Source: Promethearchaeota archaeon
GTDB lineage: Archaea; Asgardarchaeota; Lokiarchaeia; Sigyniarchaeales; SOKP01
Length of the DNA: 57,425 nt
Direction of reading: 5' to 3'
Assembly (NCBI GenBank): GCA_011364975.1
Contig: RDOE01000014.1
Coordinates: 1-57,425, forward strand
The notes beneath the pieces are model-generated. The model did not search any database, was not told the origin of the DNA, and saw nothing but the letters and a program-made list of their open reading frames with translations. Positions 30,435 to 40,336 of this stretch are shown one piece after another (positions within the stretch are counted from its first letter, which is position 1; the number at the start of each line of letters is the position of its first letter). A program made the position numbers and the translations under genes.

Positions 30435-32186
30435 CTAATCAATATCTATCATTTCTTGTCTCTTAATTTCTCTAGCTCGTAAAATATCTCGTTTAGTTAT
30501 AATTCCTAACAAATTGCTTGTATCCATAGGATCTACTACGGGAATTCTTCCATAACCGTAATTTTCAATCTTTTCTAGAATGTCGAAAGCTTTATCTTCT
30601 GGAAATGCGGTAACTAATTTTTTCGACATACATTCTTCTACAAATGTGGATTGCATTTTATCTGGTGCTACTTTGAATAAATCTCTATATACGATAATGC
30701 CTATAAAGCGATTATTGTCAATTACAGGAAAACCGGATCTCCCGGTATTCTTGATCAGCTCAAAAAGTTCCTTTACTGTTTGTTTCGGACTAACACTTAG
30801 AAATTTTGTATTCATTATCTCGTGAGCTTTAAGATTTTCCAAAATATCTTCGATATATTTTCCTCTATGGACAGGAGAATAACTTTGGGTTTTTACTTGA
30901 CTTTCATAAATAGACCATTTTTGACTAAAGATATAGGCCACCGTACACGCTAGCATTGCTTGAACTAGAAGAGAGTAAGTGTTAGTCATTTCAGAAACCA
31001 TAATTATTGAAGCGATGGGGACATTGGCGACTGCTGTTATAAAAGCTGCCATTCCTACAATGGTAAAGGATGCAATTTCTATATTAAATAGGGGTAATAA
31101 TAATTGCAGGAGTAAAGCTAAAAAACCCCCGATCGTAGCTCCAATTACTAATGAAGGCGCGAATACACCTCCACTACCACCAGATCCAACAGTTAAGGTT
31201 GTAGCAATAATTTTTGCAAAAATAATAATAAACAACAGTAGCAGGGGAAATTTAGCATCGATAGTATTTTGAATAATTCCATAACCAGGACCGAGGATAT
31301 CAGGTATAATCAAAGCGATCATTCCCATAATTCCTCCCCCAATCGCTGGTTTTAACATTTTAGGAATCTTAATTTTCTGAAATACATTATCTTTAAGAAA
31401 GTAGAAAAATTTAGAGAAGAAAATTGCAATTCCCGCACATAGTAACCCTAAAATAGCGTAAAAGGGTAGATTATTGATATTTAAGCTGAATTCTGGGGTA
31501 ATAAATATAGGCTCAAAACCAAAAAATAATCCAAATATTGAATAAGCCACTATTGCTGAAATAAATGAGGGTAATAAAGCTTTGACTTCAAGATCGCGTT
31601 TATATAATACTTCAATCGCGAAAATAGCTCCTCCTAAGGGTGCTTTAAAGATCGCGCCAATACCTCCCGCTGCACCGCATATTATTGCTGTTCTTCGGTC
31701 GCTATCACTTAACTTTATTTTTCTTATAAACCATGATCCAAAACCCGCTCCTATTTGTGCAATAGGGCCCTCTCTTCCTGCACTTCCCCCTGAACCTATT
31801 ATTATTGAAGAAGCGACAGCTTTTACCAGTGGAACCCGTTCTCGAATCTGACCATTTTTGTAATGAAAAGCTGCGATATAGGCATCTGTTCCATGCCCTT
31901 CAGCTTCTGGTGCGAATTTGTAAACAATGAATCCCGAAACTAACCCTCCAATAATTAAAATCAAAGGAATTCTCCATGAGACCATACTAATTGAGGTGAA
32001 AGAAAAAGGGTTGATCTCTCCTCCAGAGGATGGAAGTGTAAATCCACCAATGTATCCTAGTAAAAAGGCAGAGCTGAATTGCAGTAAAAAGAAAAAAATT
32101 ACAGCCCCCAAACCAGAGATAATACCAATAAGAGTTCCTAAAATAGCCCATCGTGTAAAAAACTTTAATTCTTTAAAGGATTTCAT
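30435..32186 (-). CDS. ClC chloride channel/antiporter with CBS pair
   Basis: GHGT, GREGP, GGVFAP, IY motifs plus two CBS domains. Confidence 0.95.
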   Translation of the reverse strand: MKSFKELKFFTRWAILGTLIGIISGLGAVIFFFLLQFSSAFLLGYIGGFTLPSSGGEINPFSFTSISMVSWRIPLILIIGGLVSGFIVYKFAPEAEGHGTDAYIAAFHYKNGQIRERVPLVKAVASSIIIGSGGSAGREGPIAQIGAGFGSWFIRKIKLSDSDRRTAIICGAAGGIGAIFKAPLGGAIFAIEVLYKRDLEVKALLPSFISAIVAYSIFGLFFGFEPIFITPEFSLNINNLPFYAILGLLCAGIAIFFSKFFYFLKDNVFQKIKIPKMLKPAIGGGIMGMIALIIPDILGPGYGIIQNTIDAKFPLLLLFIIIFAKIIATTLTVGSGGSGGVFAPSLVIGATIGGFLALLLQLLLPLFNIEIASFTIVGMAAFITAVANVPIASIIMVSEMTNTYSLLVQAMLACTVAYIFSQKWSIYESQVKTQSYSPVHRGKYIEDILENLKAHEIMNTKFLSVSPKQTVKELFELIKNTGRSGFPVIDNNRFIGIIVYRDLFKVAPDKMQSTFVEECMSKKLVTAFPEDKAFDILEKIENYGYGRIPVVDPMDTSNLLGIITKRDILRAREIKRQEMIDID

Positions 32187-32423
32187 ATAAGCAGCTCCTT
32201 TATTGAATTTTATTTCTCTATTAGGTTATTTTGAAGTAAAATCATAAATGAATTATTAAATTATGGATCTTCAATTTATTAATAATTATCACTTATAATT
32301 TTCAATTTTTCTTTTTTATAATCTTAACCAGCAATTTTTTTATTCTCTTTTGGTAATATTTTCTTATAATTTAAATACAAAGTTAAAATCTTAATTATTT
32401 TAAAAAAGAGGTTGAATAAATAA

Positions 32424-32903
32424 ATGGGTAAAGGTGGATTGGTTTTGGGAGTAATTGCATTAATATTAGGAGCTAGTGGTTTAGGTTTCGGTCTAATTAC
32501 GTGGATAGATCAAGGTAAAACAGATTTTTGGTATGATTACAAAGAAGCTACATTTACACCACCAGATCTAGTATATGTAACCGTTCCAGATTTATACGTA
32601 ATTATTGAATTGGATGCTAACGCTACGATTCATATGTTATTCACAACCAGCACGAGGATTCTTCCTGATCCTGTAAGTTTTGCAGATATGATTTTCTATT
32701 TTTGGATTGATGGAGAAAGGCTTTTTGACCCTTTTACTCGAGCAGGGCCTTATCAAGGAGACGCAACTTATCAATACTATCCAGTAGCACTGCAACATGC
32801 TCAAATTCTAGCTGCTGGGATTCATAACATTAGTGTTGTAGTAATTTCTGAAACCCCAGGTAACTTTATGAGACATAGCGCTCTTGCTGTAACTCGTTAT
32901 TAA
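32424..32903 (+). CDS. Membrane-anchored hypothetical protein
   Basis: GAGGT SD, N-terminal TM helix, beta-rich extracellular part. Confidence 0.72.
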   Translation: MGKGGLVLGVIALILGASGLGFGLITWIDQGKTDFWYDYKEATFTPPDLVYVTVPDLYVIIELDANATIHMLFTTSTRILPDPVSFADMIFYFWIDGERLFDPFTRAGPYQGDATYQYYPVALQHAQILAAGIHNISVVVISETPGNFMRHSALAVTRY

Positions 32904-32997
32904 TAAGTAAATTTTACTTTTTTTTTTTACTTTTAGCCAGATATCACTTGATATTATGATCTTTCAATGTGTAGACCTTTTCTTGATTGTTTTGGTT

Positions 32998-33582
32998 CTA
33001 ATCTAAAGAAATATTTTGCTGTTTAATACTTTTTAATCTTTGAGTAATATTCCATCTCTTTACTAATATTACAATTTCTTTTGGAACAAAATCCTCCCAA
33101 GGTTCATCGTTAATCATTGCTTCTCGGATATTTCGGGCACTTAAGCCTTTTTTTTCTAATGGAACTTCCCATAAAACATGTATCTTAAATCCAAGATTTT
33201 CGAGATATTCCTTTTTTTGCCTACCCCAATCATCATAAATAGAAAGAAAAAAAACAGCATCAATAGGTACATAATATTTAAGTAGTTCTGGAATGTTAAT
33301 CGGAAAAGGTACGATAGTAAAATCCGCTAAGCTAACTCCATTTTCTATTAATGTTTCTCGAATCATTACCAATCTTTCATAATAAGTTAATGGGTTATTA
33401 ATTGTTGTACTTCGATGAGGATTGGCTTAATGATTCTTTGTAAGTTTTGGATCTGGATTAGTAATTCCTATTATAATATGTTTACAAAGTTCCTTACCTG
33501 CTAATAAAAATTTGAGATGATCATTATGCAGAATTTGAAATCGACCATGTATTACACCAAGTTCATAGATGCATTTTTTCAT
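32998..33582 (-). pseudogene. Nicotinamide/nicotinate-nucleotide adenylyltransferase-like (HIGH family) gene interrupted by in-frame TAA at 33427-33429
   Basis: GRFQILHNDH...GITNPD-[TAA]-ANPHRS..NPLTYYER...LSARNIR all in one frame from ATG 33582. Confidence 0.75.
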
Positions 33583-33690
33583 AATTAAGTACGTTAATTT
33601 TTTTTTAAAATATTGTATTTCGATTAATTCAAAAAAGATTAAGAATTTTGCTATATAATTTGGTATAAACTCATTCGGGAATGAAGCAAA

Positions 33691-34947
33691 CTGATTTTTA
33701 AAGAAGATATAGCAGAAGCTAAAGAAAGGATGGAAGCATGGTGGGATCATGAAATTATTGATAGACCTGTTATTTCCTATTATGTTCCTAAAAAAGGTAG
33801 CGTACCCTTAGGTTATATTGATGCTTTAAATGATGATTGGTATCTAGCACAGCATTCTGATGAAATCAGTGAGAGTTTAAAGAATTTTGAAGAAAGAGCA
33901 TTACATACTTATTTTGGTGCTGAAGCTATCCCTTCATTTATGCCTAATTATGGTCCAGGAGTTTTAGCTGCGGTGTTCGGTATTGAACCAAAATATGATT
34001 CTAAAACTGTTTGGTATCACCAACCAACGAAACCTGAAGATATTATTGAATTACTTGAAAATGTAAAACTAAATCAAAGTAATAGGTGGTATACACGGCT
34101 GCTAAAAGTCACAGAAATTGCATCTAAACTTGCCGGGAAGAATTATCAAATTTCAATTGTAGACATTGGTGGCGTTTTAGATATACTCTCTTCTTTTTTA
34201 GGTCCTACAAATATATTGTTAACTATGAAAAGACAACCTGAAATTATTGACAGATGTAGAGAAATTATTTTGGAAAAAATATTATTTCTATTTGATAAAT
34301 TACAGAGTATTATTGATAGGCATTGCGAGGGATGTAATACATGGTTAAATGTATGGAATAAAAAACGTTGGAATCCAGTTCAATGTGATTTCATAGCGAT
34401 GCTAAATCCTAAGTGGTTTAAAAGGTTTGTGCTCCCCGATATAAAGACCCATATCGAGAGATTAGATTATGCAATATATCATATGGATGGACCATATCAG
34501 CTTCCTTATTTAGATGACTTCTTAAAAATTTCAGAACTCACTGGAATAGAGTGGGTTCCAGGTGCTGGTGAGCCAGGTCAAGGAGCGCCAGAATGGATGC
34601 ATCTTTATAAAAAAATCCAGAAAGCGGGAAAAAATATTGTAATAGATACAACTCCTGAAAAAGTCCCCTATATTTATCGTGAATTAGATCCAAGAGGATT
34701 GTTTGTTAGAACATACTATCGGTCTAGTAGATTTGCTGAATATATGTTACCATCCTTTTTAGGAGGAGAAGAAGGAAGGATCGTACATGAAGCTGTAGAT
34801 TGGGTGAAAAGCAAAGGTAAAAATTATATGAACAATGCAGAATTTCAATTATTTTTAGAAATGAACGATCTAAATGTCGATAAAAGGCTCAAGAAGGAAC
34901 TATTGCAATCCGTTAATAATATGTTTAAAGAATGGTCAATTTTCTAA
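33691..34947 (+). CDS. URO-D/CIMS-superfamily (corrinoid methyltransferase-like) protein
   Basis: PNYGPG..AA.FG, QCDF.AM..P..F, YHMDG, IEWVPGAG; frame extends upstream of ATG 33730 to CTG 33691. Confidence 0.78.
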   Translation: MIFKEDIAEAKERMEAWWDHEIIDRPVISYYVPKKGSVPLGYIDALNDDWYLAQHSDEISESLKNFEERALHTYFGAEAIPSFMPNYGPGVLAAVFGIEPKYDSKTVWYHQPTKPEDIIELLENVKLNQSNRWYTRLLKVTEIASKLAGKNYQISIVDIGGVLDILSSFLGPTNILLTMKRQPEIIDRCREIILEKILFLFDKLQSIIDRHCEGCNTWLNVWNKKRWNPVQCDFIAMLNPKWFKRFVLPDIKTHIERLDYAIYHMDGPYQLPYLDDFLKISELTGIEWVPGAGEPGQGAPEWMHLYKKIQKAGKNIVIDTTPEKVPYIYRELDPRGLFVRTYYRSSRFAEYMLPSFLGGEEGRIVHEAVDWVKSKGKNYMNNAEFQLFLEMNDLNVDKRLKKELLQSVNNMFKEWSIF

Positions 34948-35076
34948 TTATTAACTCGTAGACTTCGCAAAATCCATATAATAATAAATTATATTTAGTT
35001 AATTACTGAATTTTCGGTCTTATCCAATTTATAATCAAAGTTAGTATAATTTTTTTAAAAAATTATAGTATAACTG

Positions 35077-36231
35077 ATGTTACCAAAGATTTACCTTGAA
35101 AAACAAGATTCGAAAGATTTTTCTTTTATTCATGCTAGCGATCTTCATTTAGGAAGTCATCAATACAGAAATGAAGAGAGAGCAAATGATTTCATTAATG
35201 CATTTGAAGAAATACTTACTCTCGCAAAATTAAATGAAGTGGATTTTATCTTATTAGGAGGAGACGTTTTCACATCCCTAGAGATGCTTCCAGGTAAGTT
35301 AACTCGGATAATCTCTGTGATACTTAATTTTAAAAAATCGACCCAAAATCAAATACAAATAATCGCAATTGAGGGCAATCATGATATAAGAAAATTTTCC
35401 CTAGGAGTAAGATTTAGAAACCGAGGGCAATCTTGGTTAAAGTTATTAGCAAGTTTAGGAATGCTTATACTTCTTGATGCAGATTTAAATGCTTCGCCTG
35501 AAAATAGATTTACACTTTATAATTTTAATACAAATTCTGGGGGAAAAGTACAAATAAAGAACGCTATAATTTATGGAACTAGATATTTAGGTGAGAATCC
35601 TAAAGAAGAACTGCTTAAAATAAAAGAAGCAATTGAAAAAAATGATGGACTATTCCATATATTATTACAACATTTTGGAATAGAGGGACAAATGGAAAAT
35701 GTACCAGGTATTAATTATAAAGATGTGGAGTGTTTGAAGGAACGTATAAATTATTTAGCACTTGGCCATTTTCACCTACAATTTACAATTAAAAATTGGA
35801 TATATAATCCAGGATCATCAGAAGCGACTTGTACTTCAGATTTCTTCTTTAAGCGAGGGATATTTCTTGTTAAAGTATCATATGATCATGGATATAAAAA
35901 AGAAGTTAAGCAACTCAAATTGTTAAATCGAAGGGCAGTCTGGATAAATATTTATTTTAAGATTCCATTCCAGAATAAAGATCATTTGAAAGAGTATATT
36001 CTTAAAATGCTGGAAGCATCATTAAAGAAACAAGAGCCTTTATTAATTAACCACCGTAATCATCATAAACCTTGTTTATTTTTAAAAATTAATGGCATCA
36101 AACCGTATAAAGGGTGTAAAATAAATGAAAAAGAATTGAATCAAGTTATCTGTGAAAAATTTCCTTTTGTAAATGTTAAAATATATCAAAAGTTTACAGA
36201 ACCTATAAAATCAATTATAAAATACCTTTAA
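35077..36231 (+). CDS. Mre11/SbcD-like metallophosphoesterase nuclease
   Basis: SDLHLG, GGDVF, GNHD, YLALGHFH, YNPGS. Confidence 0.87.
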   Translation: MLPKIYLEKQDSKDFSFIHASDLHLGSHQYRNEERANDFINAFEEILTLAKLNEVDFILLGGDVFTSLEMLPGKLTRIISVILNFKKSTQNQIQIIAIEGNHDIRKFSLGVRFRNRGQSWLKLLASLGMLILLDADLNASPENRFTLYNFNTNSGGKVQIKNAIIYGTRYLGENPKEELLKIKEAIEKNDGLFHILLQHFGIEGQMENVPGINYKDVECLKERINYLALGHFHLQFTIKNWIYNPGSSEATCTSDFFFKRGIFLVKVSYDHGYKKEVKQLKLLNRRAVWINIYFKIPFQNKDHLKEYILKMLEASLKKQEPLLINHRNHHKPCLFLKINGIKPYKGCKINEKELNQVICEKFPFVNVKIYQKFTEPIKSIIKYL

Positions 36232-36288
36232 ATGAATTAAATTACAATTTTTTAAAGTTATAAAAACAATGAAAACCCAATTATTCAT

Positions 36289-37884
36289 ATGAGTTATAAA
36301 TCTTTAATTGGTAAAAATAAATTTTTTTCTATATTCACTCTTCTATTTTCTTTCTGGTTGCTCTTCTTGATTATTTTAACTCTTTTTAGTAATAGAGTTG
36401 TCACTTTTTACGATGTTTTAGGACAGACTGATGTATCTTCTGAATATTCTAGTTTTTTTCCAATTGCAAGATATTTTTTTGAACCGTTTGCCGCAATAGC
36501 ATTTATTGTAGAATATGAATTTACATGGCTGTTTTTGTTTTTTATATTTTATCCAATATTCAGAATCGGATACTTTTTTTTAAAAAAAAGTGGTAGATTA
36601 AATTCAAAGAAATTTTCTTATCTTAAATGGGTAATTTGCGATTTTATTGAATTTTGTTTTAAGATCTATTCCATAGCGTTGGTTATTATTGGATTGTTTG
36701 TTTTAATCGGCTATTTGGTCCAAGGATTCTTTTTCGTAAGCAGATATTTTATGATACCCGTTCAAATTGCGATCCATTTATGTTATACCTTAATGATAAT
36801 AAAGGCATGTTATATTATCTTAAAGTTGTTCCATCCCAAACTTAGATTTAATCTATCATCAAAGTTTGAAAAAAGAGTAAATTCAATTAGAGCAAAATTG
36901 ACGAAAGAAATAGTTTACTTAATTGGAATTGGATTTATTCTTCTTGGAACTAATATTGTGATCATTTCCATAAAGTTTGTGCCACATCAAATTATTCCAG
37001 AAACAATATTGGATGATGATGAATTTCTGATTGACTTTCATGTTCATACCATATATTCAGATGGATGGCTAACTCCCGAAGAAAGAGTTATGTGGTATAT
37101 TGAACATGGAATCGATGCTGCATTCTTCACAGATCATGATAATCTTCGAGGATATTTCATAGCAAAAGAATTTGTAGAGAACAATAATTTAAATCTTAAA
37201 GTTCTTATTGGAGAAGAATGGACTGACCATGAGAATGATATCCATATGAATTACTTTGGGATTGCAGAAGAAATAGTTCCGCTTGAATCCTATACTCCTA
37301 GTGGTCCTGTTGCGATGAATGCTTCTGATTTAATTTCTTATGTAAAATCTAAGGGAGGATTTATAACTGTAAATCACTATAATTATGATCCTAATAATGG
37401 AAGTTTTGGAGTACCATATACTTTAGAGCAATTACGTGATTGGGGCGTGGATGGGTTTGAAATAGTTAATGGAGGTAGTTATCGAAATAAATATGAGGAT
37501 ATCCGCCAATTTTGTTTAAGTAATAATTTAATTTGTATTGGTGGCTCGGATATTCATACGAATGAAGATTTAAATACGTTCATTCGGATAAGGTTAACTG
37601 ATCCAAGTAATTTTACTGTTGCAAATATTTTCAACAATCTGAAGAATAACACTCATGAAGTTATTGCGATTGAATTTTATCCGAAAATTGTTGATTTTAC
37701 AGGAGATATCAACGATTTAGGGTTTTATATAGTGGAAGAATTTTTAAATTATATTTTAAATATCGATGCCTTTCAAGGATTATCATGGATTATTTGGTCC
37801 TTAATAATATTTATCATCTTAGTATTTAGCTATCGAAAGCTAAAAAAAGTAGATATCGAGCGGTTTAAATTTAAAATCTCATAA
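36289..37884 (+). CDS. Multi-pass membrane protein with PHP phosphoesterase domain
   Basis: Several TMs, then DFHVHTIYSDG, TDHD, GEEW, NH, GGSDIH; C-terminal TM. Confidence 0.85.
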   Translation: MSYKSLIGKNKFFSIFTLLFSFWLLFLIILTLFSNRVVTFYDVLGQTDVSSEYSSFFPIARYFFEPFAAIAFIVEYEFTWLFLFFIFYPIFRIGYFFLKKSGRLNSKKFSYLKWVICDFIEFCFKIYSIALVIIGLFVLIGYLVQGFFFVSRYFMIPVQIAIHLCYTLMIIKACYIILKLFHPKLRFNLSSKFEKRVNSIRAKLTKEIVYLIGIGFILLGTNIVIISIKFVPHQIIPETILDDDEFLIDFHVHTIYSDGWLTPEERVMWYIEHGIDAAFFTDHDNLRGYFIAKEFVENNNLNLKVLIGEEWTDHENDIHMNYFGIAEEIVPLESYTPSGPVAMNASDLISYVKSKGGFITVNHYNYDPNNGSFGVPYTLEQLRDWGVDGFEIVNGGSYRNKYEDIRQFCLSNNLICIGGSDIHTNEDLNTFIRIRLTDPSNFTVANIFNNLKNNTHEVIAIEFYPKIVDFTGDINDLGFYIVEEFLNYILNIDAFQGLSWIIWSLIIFIILVFSYRKLKKVDIERFKFKIS

Positions 37885-37907
37885 TTATTATATTATAAGG
37901 AAAAGAA

Positions 37908-38351
37908 TTATATGTAATAACCATTTCTATCATCGTCGTATTTATCGGTGTCATCATCCTTATCGTCATCATCCTCACCACCTCTCATAGCTTTATTAAA
38001 AAACTTTATGATATCATCAGGATCTATATCATTCATTTCACTAAGGTCAATGCCAATAATTCCCTTTTTGAAAGGAGCAGCTTTATTTTGGATTTCCTTT
38101 TCAAGTTTTTCTTGTCTCTTTTCAAGGATGATTAATTCTTTTTTCATAAGATCTTTCAGTTCATTTGCCACTAATTCATCTAGTTCATTTGGAGTAAATG
38201 CGTCGAGAAGATTATTACCATATTGTTTCGAAATTTTTTTTAATGCTTTTTCCTTCTTGAATTCTGGTATTTGTTTAATCGAATCTAAACCAAGAATACT
38301 AATTATATTCAACCAATCGAGTTGGTAAGTCCAAGGTTCTTTTTGAGGCAT
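37908..38351 (-). CDS. Hypothetical coiled-coil protein with poly-acidic C-terminus
   Basis: Clean ORF; ends GGEDDDDKDDDTDKYDDDRNGYYI. Confidence 0.7.
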   Translation of the reverse strand: MPQKEPWTYQLDWLNIISILGLDSIKQIPEFKKEKALKKISKQYGNNLLDAFTPNELDELVANELKDLMKKELIILEKRQEKLEKEIQNKAAPFKKGIIGIDLSEMNDIDPDDIIKFFNKAMRGGEDDDDKDDDTDKYDDDRNGYYI

Positions 38352-38560
38352 ATTTTTAGTATTATATCTTATATATAAAAGTAATTTTTGATAGTAGATA
38401 AGCTTTTATCTTTGATCAAAACAAGAACAAGTAAACATATAAATGTATGTTTTTTATTCCATTAAATAAATTAAATGATTGATTTTTTTTTATAATTATT
38501 TGAGTATAGAGTTTAGGTTAATTTTTGACATATTTAAAAAGAAAAAAGAGATTTAAAATG

Positions 38561-39412
38561 TTAATTTTTAAAGAATCTTTTAAATTGATTAACAACTAAA
38601 TCGGGTTCATCATGCATAACCCAATGTGAGGATTTTTCAGCTCGAACAATTTCCAAATCCTTCACATAATTTTCTAAACCATCTAAAACAGAAGGTAAGA
38701 CTGCTACATCTTTCATTCCATGTATCACAAGCGTAGGTACTGTGATAATTCCAGACCATTTCTTAAAGCTAATATTTGCTCTATAATAATTAACCCCTGA
38801 TACTATAGCATTAGGTTGAGACCAAGCATTAATATATTTTTGCTTATCATCCTCTGTAAAATCTTTCTTATGTTCTAGTCCAGAAAAAACTGCCCATTTC
38901 AACCATTTAAAATCATCTTTTATAACAAATTGTTCCCCATTTGGTTTGAGAAATTCAAAGATATAAAAACTAGCTTTTTGTTGTTCTTTATTATTTTGTA
39001 AATTCTTTTGAAAAATTTTCATATGAGGAGCATTTATAATCGCTAACTTTTTAACCAATAAAGGATATCTTTCAGCAAACGGCCATACAACAGCTCCACC
39101 CCAGTCATGACCTGCCAAATAAACGGATTTATACCCCAAATTCTCAATAATGCCTTTTATATCATTGATTAATATATCTACGGTATAATTTTCGATACCC
39201 AAAGGTTTATCAGATAAATTATAGCCTCGCATATCAGGTATAATAAGCCTGTAATGATCTTTAAGCCCTGGAATGACATTTTTCCACCCATACCAAAAAT
39301 CAGGGAATCCATGCAGCAAAAGTAGAGGTTCTCCCTTTCCAATAATAATAGTATGTAATTTTATCCCGTTAGTTTTAATATACTTCTCTTCTATCTCATC
39401 AATCCAACTCAT
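38561..39412 (-). CDS. Alpha/beta hydrolase (epoxide-hydrolase-like)
   Basis: HGFP, GHDWGG (Asp nucleophile), NYYRA, SHWV. Confidence 0.92.
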   Translation of the reverse strand: MSWIDEIEEKYIKTNGIKLHTIIIGKGEPLLLLHGFPDFWYGWKNVIPGLKDHYRLIIPDMRGYNLSDKPLGIENYTVDILINDIKGIIENLGYKSVYLAGHDWGGAVVWPFAERYPLLVKKLAIINAPHMKIFQKNLQNNKEQQKASFYIFEFLKPNGEQFVIKDDFKWLKWAVFSGLEHKKDFTEDDKQKYINAWSQPNAIVSGVNYYRANISFKKWSGIITVPTLVIHGMKDVAVLPSVLDGLENYVKDLEIVRAEKSSHWVMHDEPDLVVNQFKRFFKN

Positions 39413-39572
39413 AGTATACTCACTATAGATTTTATAAAGAGGTCTAATAAATTTTTATTTTTCTTAAATTAAAAGTTTCCACATAATAATTGAAAAGTGC
39501 TACAATTAATGGGCTATAAATCATTTAAAATTATCAAATTCCAATTATAATTATCAAAAATATTAGAAAGTT

Positions 39573-39815
39573 ATGATGTTCATGAAAAAGCCGATTCCAG
39601 AAGACATTGCTTTAGAAATTTGTAAACTAGTTAGGGAGAGAAACACGAGTAAAAAATTTAGCTTTGCAAAGGGACAATGTTGGGGTTGTATGAAAATTTC
39701 GAATAAAAAGGGAGATTATAGAACAAGATGTATCTTTGGTTCAGAAAAAAATGATAATAGAGGATGTGAATTAGTAAATAAGATCTTTGATAAGGAATAT
39801 CAAAATCTGAACTAA
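39573..39815 (+). CDS. Small Cys-rich hypothetical protein
   Basis: 80 aa, five Cys including CWGC. Confidence 0.65.
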   Translation: MMFMKKPIPEDIALEICKLVRERNTSKKFSFAKGQCWGCMKISNKKGDYRTRCIFGSEKNDNRGCELVNKIFDKEYQNLN

Positions 39816-39871
39816 AAGAATAAAGAAAAATAATAGAGAAATATAATTTTTAAATAAATTTTTAATATAAG

Positions 39872-40075
39872 TTAAAATCCTACTAAGAAATCTCCAAATT
39901 CGTTTAATTTAGAGTTGTTAAGTTCAGCAACTTTGTAACTTCCCCGAGGCATTTTTTCCTTTCTAGTAAAGTGTCGCCTAAATGAACTCTCAAAATCACT
40001 GGCACTTAAACTACGTTCTTCTGCGAACTTTATTTCACCAAAATATTTCAAATATTCACCGGTTGTGTCGCTCAT
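39872..40075 (-). CDS. Small hypothetical protein
   Basis: ATG 40075 with GTGA-like SD; coding-like composition within AT-rich flanks. Confidence 0.55.
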   Translation of the reverse strand: MSDTTGEYLKYFGEIKFAEERSLSASDFESSFRRHFTRKEKMPRGSYKVAELNNSKLNEFGDFLVGF

Positions 40076-40336
40076 TTTAATTTCACGTTTAATCAAATAC
40101 TTATCTATACAATTAAAAATCTGATTAGAATATTAATGGATATTTTGCTTTTTAAACCTTTTCCTTATAAATAAACTATTAAACGTATCAAATTATCATT
40201 AATAGGATTTACTTTTTTAGTTCCATTAATGGGTACTTATTAATTAAGTCGGAATATTCGTATAGAAACTTTTATACCGTGGCGTAAAATTATTTAATAA
40301 AAGACGATAACAATTTATTTAAAAATATACAACAAA

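Noticed and set aside
30580-32190. Antisense ORFs over ClC, and similar short shadow ORFs elsewhere
   Set aside because: They lie opposite or inside well-supported genes, with no motifs or SD.
33427-33750. 107-aa ORF as called in the track
   Set aside because: Its first 56 codons are antisense to the neighbouring gene start and intergenic DNA; the real start is ATG 33582.
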